Shown: one piece after another, positions 17,501 through 24,042 of the stretch | Layout of the letters: each line of letters opens with the position of its first letter | Numbering within the stretch: the stretch's first letter is position 1 | Assembly: GCF_001598795.1 (NCBI RefSeq) | Contig: NZ_BCZP01000021.1 | Coordinates: 30,001-62,000, forward strand | Source of the DNA: Delftia acidovorans NBRC 14950 | GTDB taxonomy: Bacteria; Pseudomonadota; Gammaproteobacteria; Burkholderiales; Burkholderiaceae_C | Length of the DNA stretch: 32,000 bases | Direction of reading: 5' to 3' | Made by a program: the position numbers and the translations under genes | The notes under the pieces: model-generated | What the model saw: the letters and a program-made list of their open reading frames with translations, nothing else | Databases searched by the model: none | What the model was told of the DNA's origin: nothing

Positions 17501-17715
17501 GTCAGCGAATTGCCGCGCGTGGCGCTGGCTGTGGGCGTGCCCGAGGTGCCTGCGACCAGGCCCTTGGCACCGCGCGCCAGTGTTTCACCGTAGCCGGCCG
17601 CAAAGGCGGCCAGCCCACCGGCGGTGAGGCCACCGCGCAGCAGCAGGCGGCGGCGGGCGGCCTCGGCATCCAGGGAATCTTCGGGAGCTTGGGGGAGTTT
17701 CTTCTTGTCGGTCAT
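14515..17715 (-). CDS. ttrA: Molybdopterin (Mo-bisPGD) oxidoreductase catalytic subunit, tetrathionate reductase TtrA-like, 1066 aa
   Basis: Twin-arginine signal (EAARRRLLLRGGLTAGGLAAFAAG). N-terminal FeS motif C-x2-C-x3-C (SCLGCWTQC). The size matches TtrA (about 1020 aa) rather than PhsA/PsrA (about 760 aa). Gene order B-C-A as in Salmonella ttrBCA. Confidence 0.7.
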   Translation of the reverse strand: MTDKKKLPQAPEDSLDAEAARRRLLLRGGLTAGGLAAFAAGYGETLARGAKGLVAGTSGTPTASATRGNSLTPEFRIDPATGALATQPGQVVSPSSCLGCWTQCGVRVRVDTASNRILRVAGNPYHPLATTRPAAMDEPVREVYAKLGKELGLEGRATACARGSSMLEHQSAPHRVLTPLKRVGPRGSGRWQSISFEQLVQEVCEGGDLFGEGQVEGLRAIWDPRTPLDADNPEFGPRSNQLLVTDASNEGRAQLLRRFAGPSFGTVNVSNHGAYCGQSFRVGAAAALGDLPGMPHGKPDWSHASFGLFIGAAPAQSGNPFQRQGRELAEARSREDNRFRYVVVSPVLPTSSSLAAGSGNRWLAVKPASDLALVMALIRVILDEARHDTDFLAQPGPAAMQAAGEASWSNATHLLVNEHGHPRHGSFLRGADLGWALPAPAEDGKPAQDVFVVQRADGSLAPHTQAEPAQLMVRTRVAVPGLKAEGADQAPELSVCSSLAKLHEQASLKTLDEYAALCGVARGEIEALAREFTSHGKRAVADAHGGTMSGAGFYTAYAISMLNTLVGNLNVQGGLVLDAGPFGPFGPGPRYDFANFDGKVKPRGLALSRHRQPYEKSAEFQRKREGQPEGAKDYPAAQAPWYPAVGGLSSEMLASALAGYPYRAKAWINHMSNPVYGIAGFRNALVDDLKDPKKLPLIVSIDPFINETSALADFIVPDTVTYESWGISAPWADVVAKSSTVRWPVVQPAVARTAGGQPVNVESFLFAVAERLGLPGFGEAAIKDAQGQPHALRSAEDFFIHALANVAWAGGKPVPAASDDDIAITGVDRLVPALRQRLKDDEWRQVAMLLTRGGRFDRIEDAWKDGHTRKAHAPALQVWSEELARMRHAMTGERYSGCPTWYPARLADGSAMRTHFGEQQWPLLLTSYKSNLMSSMSIAVSRLRQVHPHNPVSLHRDDAERLGIANGDTVRIRTPGGAVTAVAMVRDGVMPGTVAIEHGYGHRELGAGRHSIDGKPMPVNAEHANGVNLNDLGFADPTRPGCKNVWVDWVSGAAVRQGLPARIEKT

Positions 17716-17793
17716 GAAAGGCTTTCTGTGGCGCGGCCGGCCGGTGGCGGGCCGCGCTCCGTGAATGGGTGAGGGGTCGTCAGGGCGGCGGTG

Positions 17794-18837
17794 TCAGAGG
17801 GCGCGGGCCGCGGCCGAACGCGCGGGAAACAGCTCCAGCGCCCAGGTGGCCAGCGTCACAAGCGCGATGCACAGGCCGGCCACGCCCAGCATGCCCAGCA
17901 GGCCGTCGCCGCCCAGCGGCATGTGGTAGATGTACAGGCCCGCGCCGTACTTGGGCACGCCCTGCACGCCCATGAACAGCGCCCAGCGGAAGGCCCAGGC
18001 CGCGGCGGCCAGACCCAGCCCCAGGGCCAGCGTGTAGCGCGGGCAGACCATGCGCTGCCCACCCCGCACCAGGGCCCACAGCAGGGCGGCACCGGCCACG
18101 GCCGAGCCCAGCATGCTCAGGCGCCAGACCGGAAACTGCTGCCACAGCTGCAGCGCTGCCTGGAAGGAGCGGCCCTGGCCCAGCCAGCCGGCAACGGCCC
18201 AGACCGCCACCATGGCCAGCAGGCACAGCGCCAGCGCCAGGCCCAGCATGCGCAGCGCCTGCAGGGCGCCGGCATCGGGGCGGTGGCGGGCGGGCAGAAA
18301 GCGCGCCGTCACCAGCATGCAGCCCACCGTGGCCAGCCAGCCCGTGAGCGCCAGGTTCAGCGGCACCCACAGCGTGTTCCACAGCGGGCGCGAGCGCACG
18401 GCCATCAGCTCGGCGCCGGTATAGGCGGTGATGGTCAGCGCCGACACGGCCAGCAGCGGCGCAAGCCAGCGCAGCCACTGCGGCCGGCCCAGCCACCAGG
18501 CCAGCACGAAGGCCAGCGCCAGTCCCACGAAGGCCGGCAGCAGCAGCGCGCCCACCGACATCCACGACCACGGCGTGAAGTGCGCATAGAAATGCCAGAA
18601 GCGCGCAGGCTGGTGCAGGTCGGCCAGCAGCGACACGGGCGCGGCGATGGCGCTGACGGCCAGCACCAGCACGGCGGCCGGCAGCAGGCGCGCCATGGCG
18701 CTGGCACGCGGCGCCCAGGCGCAGGCGGCGGCCAGCAGGGCGGCGCCCGTGGCAATGCCGGCCAGGAAGAAGTACTGCACGGCCCAGGGCAGCCAGGCCG
18801 ATTCGTAGGCGGGGGTCAGGAGTTCGACGATGTGCAT
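17794..18837 (-). CDS. ttrC: NrfD/PsrC-family integral membrane quinol-interacting subunit, TtrC-like (347 aa)
   Basis: Track ORF 17794..18936. ATG at 18837 (MHIVELLTPAYESAWLPWAVQYFFLAGIA...) follows AAGGAG, 16 nt after the ttrB stop. About 9 hydrophobic helices. Confidence 0.7.
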   Translation of the reverse strand: MHIVELLTPAYESAWLPWAVQYFFLAGIATGAALLAAACAWAPRASAMARLLPAAVLVLAVSAIAAPVSLLADLHQPARFWHFYAHFTPWSWMSVGALLLPAFVGLALAFVLAWWLGRPQWLRWLAPLLAVSALTITAYTGAELMAVRSRPLWNTLWVPLNLALTGWLATVGCMLVTARFLPARHRPDAGALQALRMLGLALALCLLAMVAVWAVAGWLGQGRSFQAALQLWQQFPVWRLSMLGSAVAGAALLWALVRGGQRMVCPRYTLALGLGLAAAAWAFRWALFMGVQGVPKYGAGLYIYHMPLGGDGLLGMLGVAGLCIALVTLATWALELFPARSAAARAL

Positions 18838-18853
18838 GGGGTGCTCCTTGCGT

Positions 18854-19699
18854 TCAGTGGGAAGTGACCAGCCGCACGCTGGCCTGCCCGTCCACGCCGT
18901 CGACGAAGGCGTCGGGCAATCCCAGGTAGTACACATGCGGGTCCGTGCCCATGGCGGGCTTGAGCACCTTGAGGTCCTTGGCGTGCTCGCGCATGCGCTG
19001 GCGGATCTCGCTGCCCTCGTCGTTGAGGTCGCCGATCACGCGGGCGCCGCCCACGCAGCTTTCCACGCAGGCCGGCAGCAGGCCGGCTTCCAGGCGGTGC
19101 TCGCAGAAGGTGCACTTGTCGGCGGTCTGCGTCTCGTGGTTGATGAAGCGTGCGTCATAGGGGCAGGCCTGCACGCAGTAGCCGCAGCCCACGCAGCGCT
19201 CGTTGTCCACCAGCACGATGCCGTCGCTGCGCTGGAAGGTGGCCTGCACCGGGCAGACCGGCACGCAGGGCGGGTTGTCGCAGTGGTTGCACAGGCGCGG
19301 CAGGTTGAGCATGGCCGGCGGCAGGTCCTCGTTGCCCGCGTGCTGCACCTCGTACTGCAGCACCGTGGTGCGGAACTGGCCCAGCGGCGGCAGGTTCTCC
19401 ATGGAGCAGCTCACCGTGCAGGCCTGGCAGCCTATGCAGCGGCGCAGGTCCACCAGCATGCCGTAGCGCTTGCCGGCCTCGCCGGGACGGCGCGGCGGCT
19501 GGAAACCCGGGGTGCCGGGCGCGGCCGCCGCCACGGGCAGGGCCACGGCCGCCATGGCAGCGGCCAGCAGATCCTGCAGGAAGCCGCGCTTGCCTGCGGC
19601 GGGCTGCGCATGGGCGGCGGCGCGGGCGGGGATGTCCTGGGAGGAGGGCTTGCAGCTGCAGTCGTTGCAGCCGCTGCCGGCGCGGGATGTTTTTGGCAT
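18854..19699 (-). CDS. ttrB: 4Fe-4S ferredoxin-type electron-transfer subunit, TtrB-like
   Basis: Track ORF 18854..19750 starts at a TTG; the in-frame ATG is at 19699. Cys clusters CIGCQACTVSC, CNHCDNPPCVPVCP, CVGCGYCVQACP and CTFC...C. Tat-like motif GKRGFLQDLL with Lys-Arg instead of Arg-Arg, as described for Salmonella TtrB. Confidence 0.75.
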   Translation of the reverse strand: MPKTSRAGSGCNDCSCKPSSQDIPARAAAHAQPAAGKRGFLQDLLAAAMAAVALPVAAAAPGTPGFQPPRRPGEAGKRYGMLVDLRRCIGCQACTVSCSMENLPPLGQFRTTVLQYEVQHAGNEDLPPAMLNLPRLCNHCDNPPCVPVCPVQATFQRSDGIVLVDNERCVGCGYCVQACPYDARFINHETQTADKCTFCEHRLEAGLLPACVESCVGGARVIGDLNDEGSEIRQRMREHAKDLKVLKPAMGTDPHVYYLGLPDAFVDGVDGQASVRLVTSH

Positions 19700-19751
19700 G
19701 GCCTGTCTTTCATCGTCCTGCGGCCACGGAGGGTGGTCGCTCAAACTCAAT

Positions 19752-19772
19752 AAAGCATTAAAAATATGCTTT
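19752..19772. promoter_or_regulatory. Inverted repeat AAAGCAT-N7-ATGCTTT in the AT-rich ttrB leader
   Basis: Read directly: AAAGCAT at 19752-19758 and ATGCTTT at 19766-19772. Lies downstream of the predicted ttr transcription start, so it could be an operator or a 5'-UTR hairpin. Confidence 0.4.
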
Positions 19773-19778
19773 TTATAT

Positions 19779-19800
19779 TGAATTTAATATATGAAATTCA
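19779..19800. promoter_or_regulatory. Inverted repeat TGAATTT-N8-AAATTCA overlapping the predicted ttr -10 region
   Basis: Read directly: TGAATTT at 19779-19785 and AAATTCA at 19794-19800. Confidence 0.35.
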
Positions 19801-19827
19801 GGGCCTTGGTGGCTTGATGTGAGTCAA
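19786..19827 (-). promoter_or_regulatory. Class-II FNR/CRP-family-dependent promoter for ttrBCA: FNR box TTGACTCACATCAA plus a -10 TATATT
   Basis: Plus strand 19814-19827 reads TTGATGTGAGTCAA (9/10 match to TTGAT-N4-ATCAA). On the minus strand, TATATT (19791..19786) lies 30-35 nt downstream of the box centre. That puts it at -12..-7 if the box is centred at -41.5. Confidence 0.6.
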
Positions 19828-19904
19828 GCAATGGGCTTGTAAAGCGCCACCGACTGCCTGCCATGGACAGGCGCCCAAGGCAGTCCATAGCGTGTGGCGC
19901 AGGG

Positions 19905-19921
19905 ATTAAGACGGGGTTAAC
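19905..19921 (+). promoter_or_regulatory. PmrA-box-like direct repeat ATTAAG-ACGGG-GTTAAC
   Basis: Two TTAA-core hexamers with 11-bp periodicity in the ttrB/orf154 intergenic region, 112 nt upstream of the ATG at 20033. See the findings for recurrence at 22752 and 27068. Confidence 0.45.
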
Positions 19922-19930
19922 AGGGTGACT

Positions 19931-19947
19931 GCATTCCTCGGGAATGC
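19931..19947. promoter_or_regulatory. Inverted repeat GCATTCC-TCG-GGAATGC
   Basis: Perfect 7-bp arms read directly, 10 nt downstream of the TTAA repeat and upstream of orf154. Confidence 0.35.
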
Positions 19948-20032
19948 GGGGCGCGTATCGGAAATCACCCTCTTGTTTCCGTGCGCGGCCCCGGTCTACG
20001 CTGCTTGTGTTGCCACTGCCAAGGAGTTCTCC

Positions 20033-20497
20033 ATGAACCATGCCCTGAACAGCCTTGCTTCGGAACTGGACCTTGCCGCCGAAGCCGGCGAGCATCTGAG
20101 GCTGCAATTCACACAGGCCTGCGTGGACCGCATCGCGCACCTGCTGGAAGACCCGGACGTCATCCGCTGCGCACAAGGCCTTCGCCGCTACCTGGACGGC
20201 CAGATCGACAGGCAGGAGCTGGACCGCCTGGCCCGCGAGGCGGCCAGCCTGGCCAACCATCACCAGGGATCGCGCTCCCTCGACGGCTGCGGCCATGCCG
20301 CCGTGTCCGCCACCTATGCCACGGCCCATGGGCTGGCGGGCCGGGCGCTGCAGGCGGCCGACTATGCGGCCTATGCCATGGTCTATGGCGAGGGCGGCCA
20401 CGGCGCCGTCACGGACCGCGAATCGTTCGAGCCTGAATACCAATGGCAGGCCCGCTGCCTGGCCTCGCTGGCGCAGGCCGCTCAGCAGCGCACGTAG
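20033..20497 (+). CDS. Hypothetical all-alpha protein (154 aa); weak resemblance to Imm5-type putative immunity proteins
   Basis: Track ORF 19925..20497. ATG at 20033 lies 8 nt after AAGGAG. The Ala/His-rich helical repeats (HAAVSATYATAHGLAGRALQAADYAAYAMVYGEGG ... EYQWQARCL) resemble that family, but only from memory of its pattern. Confidence 0.6.
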   Translation: MNHALNSLASELDLAAEAGEHLRLQFTQACVDRIAHLLEDPDVIRCAQGLRRYLDGQIDRQELDRLAREAASLANHHQGSRSLDGCGHAAVSATYATAHGLAGRALQAADYAAYAMVYGEGGHGAVTDRESFEPEYQWQARCLASLAQAAQQRT

Positions 20498-20898
20498 CAC
20501 CAGCCCGACTGCTGCAGCAGGGCCAGTGACTCGATGCCGCCCTGCGGCAGCACGCGCATGCCGGCAGGCGCCTCGCGGCCCAGCTTCCTGAGCGTGTTCG
20601 GGCAGACCAGCGCATGGGCCAGGGCCTCTGCATCCAGATGCTGCGGCGTGCCCGGCGCGGCGTCCAGCAGCGCCTCGACGGCCGGGCCGTTGATGACGAT
20701 GCGGACCTCGGCACCGGGCCGGTCCTGGCGCAGGTTGGCCAGATTGCTGCGTGCACGGGCCAGGGCGCCGGGCGTGGGCGCATGCAGCACGATGCGCAGC
20801 GGCGGCGCATCCGGCCTGGCGGGGAACAGGTCGCTCCAGTCGCTGGAGGATGTGGAAGCGGCGGGAGAACGGCTTGTGCTCATGGTCGACCCCGTCAT
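20482..20898 (-). CDS. DsrE/DsrF-like family protein (COG1416-type sulfur-relay-like fold)
   Basis: LRIVLHAPTPGALARARSNLANL...EVRIVINGPAVEALL...VCPNTLRKLG...VLPQGGIESLALLQQSGWCYVR matches the COG1416/DsrE-like pattern, including the conserved Cys-x-NT. The ATG at 20898 overlaps the dsbG stop (ATGA). The N-terminus is Ser/Thr-rich with no obvious signal peptide. Confidence 0.7.
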   Translation of the reverse strand: MTGSTMSTSRSPAASTSSSDWSDLFPARPDAPPLRIVLHAPTPGALARARSNLANLRQDRPGAEVRIVINGPAVEALLDAAPGTPQHLDAEALAHALVCPNTLRKLGREAPAGMRVLPQGGIESLALLQQSGWCYVRC

Positions 20899-21701
20899 TT
20901 CCTGCCACGCGGCCCCATGACCTCTTCCAGCAGGCCCGGCGGCAGGCCGGTGCGCACCTGCACCACTCCCTTGTCATCCTTCCAGACCAGGGCCGGCGTG
21001 GCACGCAGTCCCCAGGTGGACATCAGCGAGGCATGGTTGGCCAGCACCTGCCGCGTGGCCTGCGGCACCGGGGCCAGCGGCGTGGCGCCCGCGCCCTCTG
21101 CGCTGGCGCGGCCGGCCTTGGCATAGGCGCGTGCGTGCTCGGCCAGGGCCTGCTCGGGCTGGCGCGCGGTCAGCAAGGCGGCGGCCTTGCCCTCGCTGCT
21201 GGGCTTGAGGATGCCGACCAGAATGTGGCGCAACTGCACCTGGCCACTCTCCACCCAGGGCCGGGCATCGTTCCACAGCTGGTTGCAATAGGGGCAGTTG
21301 GGGTCGGTGAACACATAGACCGTGCGCGGCGCGTCGGCGCGGCCGTCCGGTATGGACTGGGCGCGCTGCACATCGCCCCACAGTTGCTCGCTCATGGGCT
21401 TTTGCACGGCGGCTTGCAGGGCCTGGGCGTTCACGTCGCGGCCCTGGGCGTCGATCACCGTGCCCAGCACCCAGTGCTTGCCGTCAGGCATGCGGTAGAT
21501 GGGCACGGGCTGGCGGTCGCGGTAGGCGGCCCAGGCCTTGAGTCCGCCCACGGCCGGCAGCGGTCCCACCAGGGTCAGTCCCTGCTGGGCCAGGAAATCC
21601 TCCGATGGCAGCTCGGACGCCGCAGCCGGCAGGGCCAAGGCTGCCGACAGGGCCAGGGCTCCTGCCAGTGCAGGCAGGGGGAACAGGGGGGAAGCGCTCA
21701 T
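20895..21701 (-). CDS. dsbG: Periplasmic thiol:disulfide interchange protein DsbG/DsbC family
   Basis: C-terminal 268-270 aa of track ORF 20895..22475; the rest of that ORF is an out-of-frame artefact. Signal peptide MSASPLFPLPALAGALALSAALALPAAAS. Active site YVFTDPNCPYCNQLW. ATG 21701 overlaps the tlpA-like stop (ATGA); an alternative ATG is at 21707. Confidence 0.85.
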   Translation of the reverse strand: MSASPLFPLPALAGALALSAALALPAAASELPSEDFLAQQGLTLVGPLPAVGGLKAWAAYRDRQPVPIYRMPDGKHWVLGTVIDAQGRDVNAQALQAAVQKPMSEQLWGDVQRAQSIPDGRADAPRTVYVFTDPNCPYCNQLWNDARPWVESGQVQLRHILVGILKPSSEGKAAALLTARQPEQALAEHARAYAKAGRASAEGAGATPLAPVPQATRQVLANHASLMSTWGLRATPALVWKDDKGVVQVRTGLPPGLLEEVMGPRGRK

Positions 21702-22696
21702 GAACATTCCTTCAGATGCTGGGCCAGGCTGGCGCGCGACAGCTCGCCCATGCGCATGCCGCACAGCCGGCCGTCGGCGCCATAGAAATAGGTGGAAGGC
21801 AGGCCTCGCTGGCGCCAGTGCCGGCCGGCCTGCTGCTGCGGGTCGAACAGCACCTGGGCCAGCGGCAGCGGGGCTGCTGCCTGCTCGCGCCGCAGGTAGC
21901 CCATCACGGTCTCGGCAGACTCGCCCTGGTTGATCCAGATGAAGCGCACATCGGGCCGCTGCTGCTGGGCCTGGGCCAGCACCGGCATCTCGCGTCGGCA
22001 GGGCGGGCACCAGGTGGCCCAGAGGTTGATGACCATGGGCTTGCCATCGGCCTGCTGCAACTGCTGCAGCGAGACCGGCTGCGCCTGCCCGTTGACCAGG
22101 GTGAAGGCCGGCAGGGCCGGTGCATCTGCGGAGGGCAGCGCCTGCAGCAGGCTGCCCAGCACCAGCAGGGCCGCCCCCGCGCCCAGCGCCAGCCCTGTGG
22201 CGCGGCGCAGCACCGGGGAGCGGCGGCTGCGCCACAGCATGTACAGCAGCGCGGCCAGCAGGCCGGCCCACAGGTTCCATCCCCCGTCGCGGATATCGAT
22301 GATGCGGCCTGCGAAGGCCGGCATCCCGCTCCAATCCCAGGGGGCCGGCGCGACCTCGGTCCACCACTGCGCGACATAGGCCAGGCGCGCCGCCAGCAGG
22401 CCGGCCAGGGTGCTTTGCCAAAGCAGCGCATCCACGGCCTGGCCCGTGCGCCTTTCGTTCCTGCGCGCCAGCCACTGCGCCAGCAGCCAGGCCAGCATGG
22501 CCACCACCACGCCCATCGGCAGGACCAGCGGCCCCAGCGCCAGGCTGGCGGGCAGGTGCAGCCAGGTGCCCAGCGCCGATAGCGCTGACGGCCCGCCAGG
22601 CTCGGCCGGTCCGGCAAGAACAGGCGAAGGCGCCAGCAGCAGGCCAGCAAGCAAGGGCAGGAAGGACGAAAGAAGAGGGGATGACCGGAGATGCAT
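21698..22696 (-). CDS. TlpA-family thioredoxin-like disulfide reductase fused to an N-terminal multi-TM domain
   Basis: C-terminal Trx fold with the INLWATWCPPCRREMP active site. The N-terminal half has 4-5 hydrophobic helices. The track start at 22702 is a TTG; the in-frame ATG is at 22696. Confidence 0.8.
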   Translation of the reverse strand: MHLRSSPLLSSFLPLLAGLLLAPSPVLAGPAEPGGPSALSALGTWLHLPASLALGPLVLPMGVVVAMLAWLLAQWLARRNERRTGQAVDALLWQSTLAGLLAARLAYVAQWWTEVAPAPWDWSGMPAFAGRIIDIRDGGWNLWAGLLAALLYMLWRSRRSPVLRRATGLALGAGAALLVLGSLLQALPSADAPALPAFTLVNGQAQPVSLQQLQQADGKPMVINLWATWCPPCRREMPVLAQAQQQRPDVRFIWINQGESAETVMGYLRREQAAAPLPLAQVLFDPQQQAGRHWRQRGLPSTYFYGADGRLCGMRMGELSRASLAQHLKECS

Positions 22697-22751
22697 GGGC
22701 AAGGAGTTTCAGCCATGCAGGCTGACAGGTCGTGGATGCTGGCAGCGGGGA

Positions 22752-22768
22752 ATTAACGGGGGGTTAAC
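22752..22768 (-). promoter_or_regulatory. PmrA-box-like direct repeat (minus strand GTTAAC-CCCCC-GTTAAT; plus strand ATTAAC-GGGGG-GTTAAC)
   Basis: Two TTAA-core hexamers with 11-bp periodicity, 50-70 nt upstream of the tlpA-like start. Has the same NTTAAC-N5-NTTAAT polarity relative to its downstream operon as the site before tsdB. Confidence 0.45.
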
Positions 22769-22781
22769 GGCCTCATGGCCA

Positions 22782-23981
22782 TCAGGCTGCGACCGGTCCA
22801 TTTCGCCCAGCCAATCCCATGGCCGCAGACAGCAGCAAGGCCGCAGCGGCCAAGCCGCCAGACAGCCAGAGCGTGGCGTGCAGCCCCCAGCCATCGACCA
22901 GTTGGCCGCCCGCCCATGAGCCCAGCGCAATACCGATGTTGAAGACGCCAACGTACAGCGCCGTGGCAATTTCCACGGCGCGTGGCGCAGCCTGCATCAT
23001 CCAGGTCATCAGGCCCACCGATACGCCGCCGTAGGCCAGGCCCCAGACCAGCAGCACGGCGCCACCACCGGTTGGCGAGCCGCCCACGGACAGGAACAGC
23101 ACAGGCGCCAGCAGCAGGCCCAGGGCGATCGCCGCCAGACTCGGCGCCGTGCGGCGCGCCGCGATGATGCCCGCCAGGAAGTTGCCCGCAATGCCCGCGA
23201 TGCCGTAAGCCAGCAGCAGCGCGCTCATCCATTGCGCATCGAACCCCGACATCGTCAGCAGCAACGGGCGCACGAAGGTGAAGGACATGAAATGCCCGGC
23301 CACCAGCAGCAGCGTCAGTGCCAGCCCGGCCTGCAGCCTGCGGTTGGCCAGCTGATGGCTGAACTGGCGCAGGCTGGCCGAGCCTGTGGCAGGCAGGGCG
23401 GGGAGAACGGCCACGTGCAGCGCCAGCACCAGTGCGCTGAAGCCTGCCATGCCACCAAAGGCCCAGCGCCATCCCGCGAAATCGCCGATCAGCGCGCCCA
23501 GCGGCACGCCCAGCACCGAGGCTGCCGCCACGCCGCCAAAGATGATGGAGGTCGCCAGGCCCATCGACGCCTGGGGTACCAGCCGTGCCGCCAGCCCGCC
23601 CGCGATTGCCCAGATGCCGCCCATGCAAAAGCCCACCAGGACGCGCGCGGCCAGCAGCCAGATCAGCGACGGCGCCAGCGCCGAGGCCAGGTTGGCCAGC
23701 ACGAGCAGGGCCAGCAGTCCGCACAGGATGCGGCGCCGGTCCATGCCGCCCGCCGCCATCACCACCAGCGGCGCGAACAGCGCGGCCAGCAGCGCCGGCA
23801 GCGAGATCATCAGGCCGGCCCTGCCCATGGAGGTGCCCAGGCTGCCGGCAATCGATGTGAGCAGGCCGACCGGCAGCATTTCCGTGGTCACCACGGAAAA
23901 GGTGGCCAGGCCCACGGCGGACACGGCCAGCCACGGGCGGCGCGCGGCGGGTTCGGGCCGCGTGGAGGAAGACGAATTCAT
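22782..23981 (-). CDS. MFS transporter, DHA1-type 12-TMS exporter (sugar/purine efflux-like)
   Basis: 399 aa with 12 hydrophobic segments. N-terminus LAVSAVGLATFSVVTTEMLPVGLL. Divergent from a TetR regulator. Confidence 0.85.
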   Translation of the reverse strand: MNSSSSTRPEPAARRPWLAVSAVGLATFSVVTTEMLPVGLLTSIAGSLGTSMGRAGLMISLPALLAALFAPLVVMAAGGMDRRRILCGLLALLVLANLASALAPSLIWLLAARVLVGFCMGGIWAIAGGLAARLVPQASMGLATSIIFGGVAAASVLGVPLGALIGDFAGWRWAFGGMAGFSALVLALHVAVLPALPATGSASLRQFSHQLANRRLQAGLALTLLLVAGHFMSFTFVRPLLLTMSGFDAQWMSALLLAYGIAGIAGNFLAGIIAARRTAPSLAAIALGLLLAPVLFLSVGGSPTGGGAVLLVWGLAYGGVSVGLMTWMMQAAPRAVEIATALYVGVFNIGIALGSWAGGQLVDGWGLHATLWLSGGLAAAALLLSAAMGLAGRNGPVAA

Positions 23982-24042
23982 GGTCCAGATCCCTTCAAAC
24001 AGGTGGGGGGTGTTGCGCCGCCGTCGCGGGACAGAGAAAATA

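Noticed and set aside
14419-17772. Plus-strand ORFs 14419..15894 (491 aa) and 16084..17772 (562 aa)
   Set aside because: Both are antisense to the 1066-aa ttrA-like gene, whose Tat signal, FeS motif and length are convincing. The translations are Ala/Gly/Arg/His-rich noise.
17791-18867. 358-aa plus-strand ORF
   Set aside because: It is antisense to the ttrC-like membrane gene. The translation is extremely Arg/Gln/Gly/His-rich with no hydrophobic core.
14515-19699. Alternative identities for the Mo-enzyme operon (polysulfide/thiosulfate reductase Psr/Phs, arsenate reductase Arr)
   Set aside because: Psr/Phs catalytic subunits are about 750 aa and their operons are ordered A-B-C. Here the catalytic subunit is 1066 aa, the order is B-C-A, and the ferredoxin has the KR Tat motif known from TtrB. 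This was not verified by phylogeny, hence a confidence of 0.7 rather than higher.
21708-22475. N-terminal 256 aa of track ORF 20895..22475 (526 aa)
   Set aside because: This part overlaps the tlpA-like gene out of frame and is Pro/Ala/Gly/Arg noise. The real dsbG begins at the signal peptide (ATG 21701/21707), which overlaps the tlpA-like stop.
22715-22756. 13-codon plus-strand mini-ORF (MQADRSWMLAAGN) with a perfect AAGGAG 8 nt upstream
   Set aside because: The AAGGAG lies just upstream of the minus-strand tlpA-like start, in its 5' leader. There is no conservation evidence available and the peptide is featureless. It is noted only because it ends inside the TTAA repeat.
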